A stretch of DNA of 51,900 nucleotides, from contig NW_021834505.1 of assembly GCF_006345805.1 (NCBI RefSeq), positions 1-51,900 on the forward strand, read 5' to 3'. Every line of letters starts with the position of its first letter. Positions within the stretch are counted from its first letter, which is position 1. The notes under the pieces were generated by a model. It ran no database searches, had not been told where the DNA came from, and worked only from the letters and a program-made list of their open reading frames with translations. Shown in pieces: positions 39,291-51,900 of the stretch. The translations under genes were made by a program, and so were the position numbers. The DNA comes from Octopus sinensis (lineage: Eukaryota).

Positions 39291-40216
39291 ATAACTATTA
39301 TTAACAAGGTGGCGAGTTTACAAAATCATTAACACGTCGGAGAAAACACTTATTGACATTACTTCCGGCTTTTCCCCTTCTGAATTCAGATCCCTCCGAG
39401 GTCAGCCTTGCTCTTCACCAAACTGTCGTCGATAAAATGAAGTAGCAGTTATGTATTAGAGCAGAATTTATGGAATAACCACCTCAAAAAACTCCAGGCT
39501 GTGCACTTAGTCTAGAAACAAATATTTAAGAAATTCATACGGTAGCATCTTAGGCAAGAGTCTTCAACTCAACCCCTGATCTGACCAATGCCTTCTGATT
39601 GAATTTGATAGAGGGAAATTTGTGTGGGAGAACATGGTATAGTTTAAGATACTTGCCCAAGATTCTGCGGTGTGGGAATGAAACCGAAGCCACGAAGTGG
39701 TTACTAACACAGTGAGCTTAACCATACATCCATGGCCTCCGTCGATAAAACAGTAAAACGAAATACTTTTCTGATCTGCCACGGCTCAATTTTAGCTCCT
39801 TAATCAATGAACCGTGGATCAGAAAAGACTTCCAAATCACAGTTCAAAGCATTCGCATCAGTTCATTGAACCTTAAAATTATTCGAATATTGTAATTCTC
39901 AGAAGCCATAAAAGCATGTTTCGTCACCAGGGTGCGCTGCATTGGAAAAGCACTCGACTGTTTCCGATCAACAGCTCACAGAATCATGCGCTAAAAATAT
40001 TATGACACACCATTCGCTTTTCGGCTTTTAATAAGTTTTATTTTACGAAGAAAAAATAAAAACAAAGACAAAAACAAAAATGGAAAAAGGGCCTAGGTTA
40101 AATTGGGGGTAACTGTGTTTGATCATAGAATGTTTGATTATAGTTGACGGGGATGAGGGGGGACGGGAGCAAAGTGAAAACAATGGATTCCCAAAATTAT
40201 AAACCACTTTTCCTAT

Positions 40217-40279
40217 GTTAACTACTACTACTACTACTACTCTACTACTACTCTACTACTACTACTACTACTACAACTT

Positions 40280-40332
<53 letters not shown>

Positions 40333-40402
40333 ACTACGAATACTGCTGCTGCTGCTACTACTACTACTGCTGCCGCTGCTGCTACCACTTCTACTGCTGC
40401 TG
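40217..40402. repeat. Compound (TAC)n/(TGC)n microsatellite
   Basis: Direct inspection. Confidence 0.95.
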
Positions 40403-40616
40403 AGCACACGAAGACGGAAAGTGTCGCTGAGGAGGTCACAGATGTGTGACGAAATATTTCCGGACAATGGAGATGAGTTAGAATAAGAACAATAATAAAC
40501 GAGTAGTGTGTGTGTGTTCATTTGGCAAAAAAAAACAAAACGACCGTCCCGAAATACAATATTTATTTCAACACACGGTTTCTCATCAGGAATCTTGCAA
40601 CACAAATTCATAAACG

Positions 40617-40661
<45 letters not shown>

Positions 40662-40789
40662 CATGGGGTTTAGCTCACAGGTGATCTAAACGGATAGGTA
40701 TGCTAGGTAAGTGCTGCAACGTATTACCAAGGTTCCAAGCTCGTAACCGACTCGGGAGTTATGGAACCATGGAAATATTGTAGATTCCG

Positions 40790-40826
<37 letters not shown>

Positions 40827-40920
40827 CACACACACACACACATATATATATGTATATGTATATATGTATGTATATAGGAATAAAAAATGGAGTCAACGCA
40901 GGTTTAAACAAGTATTTTTT

Positions 40921-41005
40921 CTTTCTACATATGTTTCAAAAATTCCACTGATACTTATTCAAAAGAATAAAAGGTATAAACAATGCAATCTTCTCTTCGG
41001 GAAAG
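40921..41005 (-). ncRNA. Second copy of the pLTR hammerhead (3' end of the main PLE copy)
   Basis: Reverse complement of 44346-44430; same length and core. Confidence 0.7.
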
Positions 41006-41205
41006 TGAAAAAACGAAACTTGTCAATACGACATTTTAGCAAAAAATGATGGATTCGTATAGCGATAGACAGAACGCTATTAATATTGTTTAAAAAAACG
41101 TTATATGATATAACGTCATAAGTAGCTAACAGAAAGAGTAGGGATATTAATAGTGAATGTTAAATATAAGGAAATTAAAGTCTAAACTATATATAATGAT
41201 AGAGA

Positions 41206-43530
41206 CTACTTATATGCACTAAAAGTATGCTTTTGCCAATGCTTACATCTGTATGCTCGTTCTATAACCGTGTTTACTAGAGTATTTTTAGAAAAAATAA
41301 TGAAAAATAGCTCAGAATTGCAGAGAAGACAGAATTTCTTGCCTTTGTCATATGGTATCGAAATGAGAGGATCAACCATTCCAAATGAAATTGTTCATTG
41401 TGGTCTTTTAAATTCCAAATCAGTTTGCTGAGACCGGTACTATTCCGTTTATTTCTATCTCTAAATGTTGAGTAATGGATAGAAATTCTCTTAGATAACT
41501 CTAACGATGTGCTTCCAATGTAAAATCGTACTTTATTACGAGTACTGATTATACACTGGTATATAGAATTTTTAATCTTAGAGTTACTTGACATAAATTT
41601 AATTCTATTGGGATTGACTTCAGATACAATAACCTTGTTATTAATATTTCTAGAGGGTTGGATGGTAGTAGCTAAATTAATGTTAGTATTAGTAAATGTA
41701 TTAATATTTAACAGTTTGTTATTATGAGAAGATATAATTTGCAAGAGATTTTTTGTGTTTGAAAAACCTATCCTAACCTTATGTGAATTAATTATAGAGT
41801 AATATCTAGAATTATTTGGAAAATTCCTAGCAATAGCTTGACGAAACAGCAGTGGGAGATTAGATTTAATTTGTCTCCCGTAAGGATTATTAACCAAATA
41901 TTTTTACTAGTATTCATAGCGTAATTACTTTTGAAGGTGTTATATTTACTTTTAGATCGGTAATAGGGGAATAAATAAGGGTTATCTGCCTTCATTCGCT
42001 TTGTATCGGTGCGTAAGTTATGTTTGTTATCAATAATTCTTTTACGACTAGAAATCTTATCTACATTATTGAATTTACAATTAGACTGAGCAGAATCAAT
42101 GTAGAAAATTTTTTCTGTATAACCTGCTTTGATTAAGGCAGAGTTATAGAATTCAGCGTTATTATTGAAAATATCAACATTAGCAGATAATTTAGATAAT
42201 CTAAATGAAATATTCTTAACTAAATTCTTAGTAATTGCTCCAGGATGATTACTAAATTTGCTAATGTACTTAAGATTGGTCAACGGTTTATGATATGGGA
42301 AGTAAGAGTCACTGTGTAAATTAAGGGTAATATCTAAAAAGTTGGCCTTCGTCAGATCGTCATCAAAAACGATTTTTAAGCCCATTCTACTGAAAAAATT
42401 AACTGAACTGTTCTTAACTTTTTGTACCTTTTGGTTAGAAACATTTTGGAGGTAAAGTAAACAATCATCACGATATAGACCTCCATAAATGTTAGGGAAC
42501 TCTTCAGCCATTTCAAAAAGAATGTATATACAGACCAAATCAGCTATCTGTGCTGAATCAGAACTTCCCATAGGTATATCGAAACTATCTGGTGTGTCTT
42601 TACGGACCCACAACTTATCATCAAATTTAATAATAGATCTTCTGGCTGCCAACACAACATTAATTTCTTCTCGGGTGAGACCAGCTTTGTTATGAGCAAG
42701 CCAAAGTGCCTTATTAAGTACTATAGGATTAATAGACGAATAAAAATTGGAAATATCAAACTGGATAAACTTCGTACTCACCTTACTGTTAATAGACCTA
42801 AACCAGTCAACTACGTCAAATGAATTAGTCCATAAGCTAAGTTTTAATGTTTTGATTAGATTAGGAATATATTTATCTAGTATATTTTTACTAAGGATAC
42901 CGATGTCAGAGCTAGAAGGGCAGATAAGCCTTAATGATGGGTTAGTAAAAAAATTTGGTTTGTGATCCTTCAAAATAAACCTAGGTTGCTTAGGAACAAG
43001 TGGTTCTGTCTTCATTTGTAGGTTATATTTCTCCATGATTTTCATAGCCTCGATGTTGGCTTTCTTAAGTATTCTTTTATCAGCAATTTTATACTTTTTC
43101 TGAATTTCTTTTTCAAGTAATTCCAAATAATAGTCTTTATAAAGTTTGTACAGATTACCAGTCTTATCAGATTGAACCAACATAGTATCCATAGAATTGA
43201 TTTCTTTGGTGATGTTGCGAAGATACCTCAGATGTTTATTTCTTAGTGGTGACCGTTGAAATTTTACATTTCTCACAATGGACCAGAGATCATCTTCAAA
43301 TGCTTCAACCTTGGGTTAGGCGGCGGACTATTTTTAGATTTAAATAACTTGCTGAACTCAGATGTTTTATCATTAGTGTGTTGTTGAGTGTCATTTTTGT
43401 CAAAGAAAAAGGTAAGCCATCTTATTCGGTTGATGAATGAATTAATCTTATTGACAAGTTGTTTAAGGAAAACATTCTTAGGTGGAATAGGAATGTCCTT
43501 AAGAGATGCGTTAATATTCAATAACTCCAT
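41206..43530 (-). pseudogene. PLE RT-endonuclease polyprotein (about 775 aa reconstructed), broken by three 1-nt frameshifts
   Basis: N-terminus SLKDIPIP..INRIRW (43273-43530). RT motifs QFDISNFYSSI, IPMGSSDSAQIADL, LYRDDCL, NFLDITL (41792-43276). EN motifs IYQC..FYIGST..KRISIH..STGLSKLIWNLK (41277-41897). The C-terminus can be reconstructed with the inverted copy. Confidence 0.88.
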
Positions 43531-43801
43531 ATGCTGTAACTATTCAGTTAGCAGGTTATTAATAAACCTGATTAAAGTATTATAAATAGATGAGTGTATT
43601 TTACCTTGTTAACAATTAACACGGATAAATGAATGAATAGTTACCAGGGCAGCAAAATCTCACAAGTAAAGATGTTGTAACTCCTTGTTTATAAAGGTTG
43701 AAACTTCGTGTTTACGTTGAATATTTGAATAATAGGAATAAAAAATGGAGTCAACGCAGGTTTAAACAAGTATTTTTTCTTTCTACATATGTTTCAAAAA
43801 T

Positions 43802-44144
43802 TCAGTACTCGTAATAAAGTACGATTTTACATTGGAAGCACATCGTTAGAGTTATCTAAGAGAATTTCTATCCATTACTCAACATTTAGAGATAGAAATA
43901 AACGGAATAGTACCGGTCTCAGCAAACTGATTTGGAATTTAAAAGACCACAATGAACAATTTCATTTGGAATGGTTGATCCTCTCAATTTCGATACCATA
44001 TGACAAAGGCAAGAAATTCTGTCTTCTCTGCAATTCTGAGCTATTTTTCATTATTTTTTCTAAAAATACTCTAGTAACACGGTTATAGAACGAGCATACA
44101 GATGTAAGCATTGGCAAAAGCATACTTTTAGTGCATATAAGTAG
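43802..44144 (+). pseudogene. Inverted duplicate of the PLE GIY-YIG endonuclease C-terminal half
   Basis: ORF 43789-44088 reads FYIGSTSLELSKRISIH...WLILSISIPYDKGKKFCLLCNSE; it is the reverse complement of 41206-41548. Confidence 0.9.
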
Positions 44145-44345
44145 TCTCTATCATTATATATAGTTTAGACTTTAATTTCCTTTATATTTAACATTCACTA
44201 TTAATATCCCTACTCTTTCTGTTAGCTACTTATGACGTTATATCATATAACGTTTTTTTAAACAATATTAATAGCGTTCTGTCTATCGCTATACGAATCC
44301 ATCATTTTTTGCTAAAATGTCGTATTGACAAGTTTCGTTTTTTCA

Positions 44346-44430
44346 CTTTCCCGAAGAGAAGATTGCATTGTTTATACCTTTTATTCTTTTGAATAAGTAT
44401 CAGTGGAATTTTTGAAACATATGTAGAAAG
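44346..44430 (+). ncRNA. Candidate type I hammerhead ribozyme in the PLE pLTR (core CCGAAGA)
   Basis: CTTTC-CCGAAGA-GAAGATT...AATTTTT-GAAAC-ATAT-GTA-GAAAG: 5-bp stem I, extended stem II, palindromic stem III ACATATGT, GUA cleavage triplet. Confidence 0.7.
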
Positions 44431-44669
44431 AAAAAATACTTGTTTAAACCTGCGTTGACTCTATTTTTTATTCCTATTATTCAAATATTCAACGTAAACA
44501 CGAAGTTTCAACTTTATAAACAAGGAGTTACAACATCTTTACTTGTGAGATTTTGCTGCCCTGGTAACTATTCATTCATTTATCCGTGTTAATTGTTAAC
44601 AAGATAAAATACACTCATCTATGTATGTATATATATATGTATGTAAATATATATATGTATGTAAATATA

Positions 44670-44705
<36 letters not shown>

Positions 44706-44711
44706 TGTATG

Positions 44712-44781
<70 letters not shown>

Positions 44782-45447
44782 TATATATATACATATACAT
44801 ACACACACACGCACGCACGCAGAGATACGTTGGTGGACTGATAAAAGAAGCGAAATGCCCAGGGGAGACAAATAGCCTAAACATGTGATGGCATGGAAAA
44901 TGAAACAGTCAAGTAGATGACATACTTAATGTGGACAGCAGGGTTAATACATTACACTAATACAAACAGCTAATGCTGCAATGACGACACCACGAGAAGC
45001 ATCTACGTCAGAGTCAGTCACTGGCTCCGTAAGCTCAATACTGCAATAATATTAATAATATTACTTTGTGTTTGCTCGGTTCTGATTTGATTACATTAGA
45101 TACTGAACATCATAGCGGAGGAAATAAGCTAGCTAACATACTGGGTAGGTGTGTGGTGTGTGTGTGTGTGCGTATGTGTGTGTGTGTGTGTGTGCGCGCG
45201 TGCGTGCGTGTGTATCTCTATATGTATGTAACTGTGTGTGCATATATATTAATATATATATATGTTTAGACATAAATATAGATGTACATATAGATATAGA
45301 TATGTATATGTACGTTTGTATATGTAGATAGACAGATAGACAGATGAAAGGAGAGAAAGATGGAAGAGAGAGATGACAAGATGAGTAGAGTACAATATAT
45401 AAAGCGAGAGAAAATGTATGAGAACGTGTAAAGATAGACAGGCACGT

Positions 45448-45527
<80 letters not shown>

Positions 45528-47794
45528 AGAGAGAGAAAGGGAAAGAGAAAAATAATCGGATGCAGCGAATACAATATATAGAGAGATAGAAATAGAGAAA
45601 CAGGGGGAGAGAAAAAAGATGACATAAATACGGATGAGAAAAAAGCAAAGAAAACTGACAGACAGACAGATAGATAGATAGATAAATAAATAGATAAATA
45701 AATAGATAGATAACAAGAGAAAGGGAGAAAGAGAGAGAGAGAAAGAGAGAGAAAGAGAGGATATAGAAAGAACAGGTGATAGAGATCGTAGAAAAGTAAC
45801 ACTGAAAGGGAATAATTTTGAGGCTAAAACTTCAGGTTGACAAGAAATCTCCTACCGACCGTGGAACGCTTGGTTACGTCCGCCATTTTGAAATATGCAC
45901 AGCATGAATCTTATGAGCGGAGACATTTACTTTCACGTATTCGATTAATTAGTTAAGTGCACGTTAGTACATTTAATGTAATAAGCTAAGGAAAGGTAAT
46001 TAACTTAAATTACACCCTTAGTGACAAAAACAGTAATTTCTTAAAAACGAATGATTAAAATATAGGAAAACAGACTCGACACCGGGAATTTTAGCTAATT
46101 TATTAAAATAAAATATAGGCGCGGTTCACGAAGATGTGGTTCCGGGTTCAATTCATCAACGTAGCATCTTTGGTAAGTGCTTTCCTTTATAGATTCCCGG
46201 CCAAGCTAATCCTTGTGAGTGAATTTGGTAAACGGAAACTACAAGGAAGCCCTTTGTATATCATATATATATATATATATATATATAATTAATCCCCCCA
46301 AAACGAAGAAAAAACACACAAAAAAGAAAACAACGTGAGCACGTGGTTCATGCAAAGTATTAAAAGATGCTCAAGGAAGGAACATATTTATAATGTTTCG
46401 AGAAAAATCTCTTTTTCACAAATAGGAGACAGAGGACAGTCCCAGAGAAAAGGAAGACGGAGGAAAAAATCGCCCACAATCCACATGTAGTAACATTTTA
46501 TACATACATACATACATACGTGCATACATACGTACATACATTCATTCATACATACATACATACATACATACATACATACATACATACGTGCATACATACA
46601 TACATACATACATACATACATACATACATACATACATACAAACATATCACTGCCGCATCGAAACTCTCCCCTCTGCCGTAAGGCTTCATTTCCACACACG
46701 CCAGCTGAATTCAATTCGTCCCCAGTCGAAAGACACCTGTTGTTATGTCCTGTTATTATTATTATTATTATTGTTATTTTTATTTTATTTTTGTATTTAT
46801 ATTCGTGTAACATTGTCTGTTTTTCCGTCCTTGTTTTCGTATACATTCGATGCTTTTTTCCAAGGAATCTAATGCTCTTAGCTTTGTTTTTCTTTGGGGC
46901 TGGCCAGATTGGAGCAATCTCAAGATTAATCAGTCGAAATTGCGATGAGGATCCGATTCTTGATTGAAGATAAAAGGCTTCGAATGGCCCATCTTTGTTT
47001 TTTTGTATCGTCTATCTGGATGTTTTGTTGTCCCTTTTTGTATCACCTAGTTGTCCGGATGTTTTGCGTTCTTGTCTCATTTTGTATTATATATATAAAC
47101 CGCCATTTTGTAATCATGGGTTCAACGCCCTAACCGCAGGGCCATATCGCCCTCACCTTCTAGTTTTATATCTTTAGCGCCATTTACAATGCAGTTTCCG
47201 CCATTTCTACTCCGTCTGTAATCACATGCACTTACCACTGCGCATGATTCTTCACACTGTATTAGAATAGATACTATTTTATCAATGTGGTTATCGTGTC
47301 TCAGCATACAGGTTTTAAAATTTCCCGTTCAGTTATAAGCAAATACTCTTGAGGGCGTAAACATATAAAAACATTGCTTTGATTATAGAGTTTAAAACCG
47401 TGCGTATAGACAATTATTTGTGTGCATAGAGACACTTATTTACATGGCTGTATACACTTGTGTTGCTACATTCACATGCATATATGACTATTCACCCGTT
47501 TATGGCTACGGACACAGATTGTATGGTTTGTCTTCTGTGGTTATCGACACTTACTGGCGTTGTTCTATACATTCACGTGTGTGGCGATAGTCGCGTTGCG
47601 ACGTGGTTACAGATACGAACTGCTCAGTTGTCGAATCATACTTCTGCTTTTCTAGACACTTACTGTGTGTTTATAAGCGCTTATTTGGTGTTTATGGACA
47701 GTTACCTTTATAATAAACTCTCACTTTTTATTATTCACGCTTAACTCACAATAAATTTGAATAGAGACATATCTTTATATATATATATATATAG

Positions 47795-47866
<72 letters not shown>

Positions 47867-48364
47867 ATATATATGTATATATATATTTATATATGTATAT
47901 GTATATGTATTATGTATGTACGTATGTATGTATTATGTAAGTGAATGTGTGTGTATGTATGCATGTATTGATGTATAATTGTTGAATAGAATAGATCACA
48001 GACATACATTTCAGTTCAACTCTATACATAGATAAAAGAACGGTAAATCTAATAATAGATACATTATATATATTATATTATGTATATCGTACAATATGTT
48101 GATAGATGACAGGACAAGAGCGATTTAAGGTGATCGATTAGGCAATAAATAAATAGGAAAATGATACGTAGAGACACGCTCAGTCACACACACAGACAGA
48201 CACACATGTGTACATAGATGCACTGAGAGGCACGTACGTAGACGCTAATATCTTCGGACATATCTATTCATAAGAGAGAGAAAGAAAGACAAGGAGTGGA
48301 ACTGTGGCAGGAACATAGAATTCCACCAACCTCTCTTTCTCTCTGTTTCGTCTTCTACTCCCAC

Positions 48365-48398
<34 letters not shown>

Positions 48399-48425
48399 CA
48401 CGTACTTACATTGATATATTATATA

Positions 48426-48480
<55 letters not shown>

Positions 48481-48777
48481 TACGTAACATATATATATAT
48501 ATATATATACATCATATATATATATATTATATATATTATATATATGCATATACATGTATGTATATATGCACATGTATATGTATATATGTATATATATGCA
48601 TGTATATGGTGGTGTATTTATTCTTTTTTATTCTTTCATCTGTTCAGTCATTTACAGCAGCCATGCTGGAGCCACCGCCTTTAGTTGAACAAATCGACCC
48701 CAGTACTTATTCTTTGCAGTTTAGTACAAGCATCGGTTGTCAAGCGATGGAGTGGAGGACAAACAAGACACACACAA

Positions 48778-48814
<37 letters not shown>

Positions 48815-48837
48815 ATATATTATATATATATATAATA

Positions 48838-48878
<41 letters not shown>

Positions 48879-49234
48879 GTGTGTGTGTGTGTGTGGTGTG
48901 TGTGTGTGCGTGTGTGTGTACGACGGACTCTTTCAGTTTCGTTAATCAAATCCACTCACAAGACTTTGGTCGGCTGAGAAGGCACTTGTATATGTATATG
49001 TGTGTGTATTTATATATATGTATATGTATGTGTGTGTATATTATATATTATATATATATATGTGTATATTTATATATATATATAAATATGCAGAGAGAGA
49101 GAGAGAGAGGTTAGGGAAGGTGAGAGGCTAATAGGTTGGTTGACAGAGACAGAAATAGTCAAATGATAAGAGCGAAGCATGCGCAGAAATAACATGATGA
49201 ATAGAAGAATAGATGAATGGAGAGACAGACAGAC

Positions 49235-49273
<39 letters not shown>

Positions 49274-50203
49274 GAGATAGAGAAGATAGATAGATAGATA
49301 GATAGAGAAGATAGATAGATAGATAGATAGATAGATGGATAGATAGATAGTGAGAAAAAGAGAGAGAAAGAACTAGTCAGGCAGAACAAAAAGAAAAAAA
49401 GAAAACGAAGCATCAGATTAAAAAACGCGTAATGAAAAACAGAAAAGAAAACGTTATTCGAATCAATATTGGAAAGAGAGATAACCACGATTTTTTTGTG
49501 GCTTGACCCGCCGCTTCTCCAAGCTTCTTTGATGTAAAACTCACCCCCACCCCGTTCCAACATGCCACTGCACTCCATATCAGTCTCGGCCATACATTTA
49601 TACGAAGACTACATTAAGCCACATTACAGTCCACTGCGGAACGCTCTACTATCGCGTTATTGCAGGCAGACTATATGATGCTGACTGGTACTCCGTCGTT
49701 GGCGACGATGCGGGTTCCACTTGGTCCGATCAACGGAACAGTCTGCTCGTGAAAAAAACGTGCAAGTGGCTGAGTACTCCACGGACACGCGTACCCTTAA
49801 CGTTGTCGTCAGGGAGATTCAGCGTGACACAGAATGTGACAAGGCTGGCTTTTTTGAAAACACAAATACTATTCATTTTTGCCCATAGAATAGCTTTTTC
49901 AAAGACACAAGGTACCACCAGGAATCGAACTCAAAACCGTGAGCCGAATGTCGTATTCACTAAGCCACGTGCCCTCACAGCTATATACTATATCTGCTAT
50001 GATTATATCGGCATGGCTGTGTGGTTAAGAAGCTCGCTTTGAAACAACGTGGTTTTGGGGTCAGTCCTGCTGCGCAGCGCCTTAAGCGAGTGTCTTCTTA
50101 CAGTAACCTCGAGCCGAACAATTCCGTGACCTTTAAATTATAACCAACAGAAACGATGACGCTATAAGATCTCAGAGTAAGCATCCACGGTTATATTGGA
50201 ATA

Positions 50204-51148
50204 TTGGTTCGTTAGATAAATTCATTCGTTGCTTTTGAATGTTCTTTGAATTAAGACGAAAAATATTTTTGCCGAATTGTTTTATGCGATTTTCTTATCT
50301 CCATTCTTTCTCTCCAAATTTTATTTATTGATTTTGAAACTGAATAAATTTTATCTCTTTTTAAATGTATGACAATGGAATGCCAAAAAAAAAAGAAGAA
50401 AATCAAACTAACAAACAAACAAAATGTGAATATTTTCGACACCTGCTCCTCTTCGCTTTAAATCAAAGTTTCAAAACTGCCAAAAACACTCGAGACATTT
50501 GTGTCGTGCATGGAGGAGCTGTTCCTCAAAGAATTACACGGAAATGGTTTTCAGGCTTCAAAGATGGTAAATTAGACCTCACAATCTCTCTGCATTCAGC
50601 CGACCTGTTCTTTTAATGAGAATCGACTGAACGACTCATCTCCAAATACCCTTATCCACTCACTAGGTTGGCTCTTATGATACTGTCGCGTGTCACCTTC
50701 GTTCGATGGGTAAGGTCCAAAACCGAGGCAAGCCAGATGAAGCAACCAAAGTCGCGATCCGGCGTACTTCTGCAACACAACAACGCTCGCCCTTCGCCGC
50801 TAATTTGACCAAAAATTCTATTCAAGAGCTAATTTGGGAAGTTCTGCGAAATCCCTCGTATTCTACAGATAGAACGCCCTCAGTTATCAACTTTTCGGTC
50901 GCTCCTCAACAGTCAGTCTACGAGGCATTTCGTTCAAAAACGTGGTGGAGCTGAAAACGTGGCTCAATGAATTCTCCGAGTTAAAACACAGTGAATTCTT
51001 ACGTCAAGGCATTGACAAACTTGTGCGACATTAGTGGTGAACAATGAAGGAGAATATTTTATTGAGTGATTTGTTAAAATTGTTGACGAAAAATAAGGAT
51101 TAAAATAAATGGGGAGAAAAATACAAACGAACGTATCTGAAAAACCAA
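50204..51148 (+). mobile_element. Decayed, internally deleted mariner transposon
   Basis: Remnants RKWFSGFKDG and NARP..ANLTKNSIQELIWEVLRNPSYSTD.TPS (like HDNARPH..WEVL.HPPYSPDLAPS); degenerate TIRs TTGGTT..AGATA / TATCTGAAAAACCAA with flanking TA. Confidence 0.8.
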
Positions 51149-51900
51149 TATTATATCACACCCCATCATACAAGCGTTAATAACACTGGGTGACCATTAG
51201 AACGGAATTTTATTTTCTTTATCGAGGAAATTTGCATATGTCAAGAAGTCTTCTGCAGTCAAGATTATAATCTAGTTGGATATAGAAAAATTTTGCTGTA
51301 GCTTTATAACATATCGGCAGCTGTTTCTACATAACTATTTTCGTTATGTTTAAACATTTAATCCGAGAATAGATTCTCTTTGTTCGGATGTCATCACTCG
51401 AGGAAGACAAATATTTTTACCATGTCAAGCTGAAGGAATTCAGATCAATAATACATTAGGGCTAATTCACTTAACCAAATATATTCCCTCGATAAAATTG
51501 TTCTTGTGGCCAGTTAAAACAGATTCATTATGCTCCTGTAACTTATTTTATTGCACGCTGCTGAAAATTAGAAACTAATTTTTCCCCGCTATTAATTAGC
51601 TGTATTTGAAATGATATGTGACACATCAAACCGAGCAGCGTGAATAATCTAGTTTGGTTCGCTAGCATCTGCATCAATAACGGCAACTTGTAACTGTAAT
51701 TAATATCAGGTGGTGCGTTAATTGCCACGGAGCAGAAATAAATGCCTTCAATGGCGACCTGACTTATTCGGTTCTTCCCGGGCTAAATTGACAAATTATT
51801 GAACACAAAATATCGAACGCTATGTAATCTCTAACCAGCACCAGCACCAGCACCACCAACACTACGACGACGACGACGACGACCACCCCACAGGCATATG

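Larger units (their letters stand above)
40874..44622 (-). mobile_element. Penelope-like retroelement (EN+ PLE, C-terminal GIY-YIG) with partial tandem pLTR and 5' inverted segment
   Basis: RT and GIY-YIG ORF pieces on the minus strand. 43733-43803 directly repeats 40874-40944. 43802-44477 is an inverted copy of 40874-41548. 43586-43803 and 44406-44622 are inverted arms. Both ends abut TA/TATG microsatellites. Confidence 0.9.

Noticed and set aside
40545-40595. CTGATGA..GAAA..GTA on the minus strand
   Set aside because: Stem I does not pair and stem II is mismatched; not counted as a hammerhead.
44944-45040. Second possible hydrophobic terminal exon on minus (IELTEPVTDSDVDASRGVVIAALAVCISVMY*)
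   Set aside because: Acceptor lacks a pyrimidine tract, and such short frames arise by chance.
46860-47000. Structured-looking repeat with TGAAGA..CGAA resembling a ribozyme core
   Set aside because: No consistent stems for a hammerhead or HDV-like fold could be built.

Overview
Eukaryotic, AT-rich, microsatellite-dense non-genic (intergenic or intronic) DNA. The SINE families and simple-repeat spectrum look like an Octopus (cephalopod) genome; this is inference from recalled repeat families. No intact cellular gene is recognisable, and most supplied ORFs are microsatellite read-throughs. Main content: (1) a near-full-length Penelope-like retroelement (PLE; RT plus C-terminal GIY-YIG endonuclease, three 1-nt frameshifts) at 40874-44622 with an inverted/partial-tandem pLTR; (2) eight candidate minimal type I hammerhead ribozymes from at least five PLE-type families, several with non-canonical cores (CCGANGA, CUGUNGA), one at the apex of a perfect 50-bp inverted repeat; (3) two 5'-truncated R4/Dong-like restriction-endonuclease LINE copies inside (TAA)n arrays; (4) mariner derivatives, a MITE, a non-autonomous Helitron and large foldback palindromes; (5) more than 30 copies or fragments of three tRNA-derived SINE families with swapped modules. 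One weak candidate terminal exon lies at 14300-14412 (-). All folds and alignments were done by eye. Scattered 1-nt indels may partly be long-read assembly errors.
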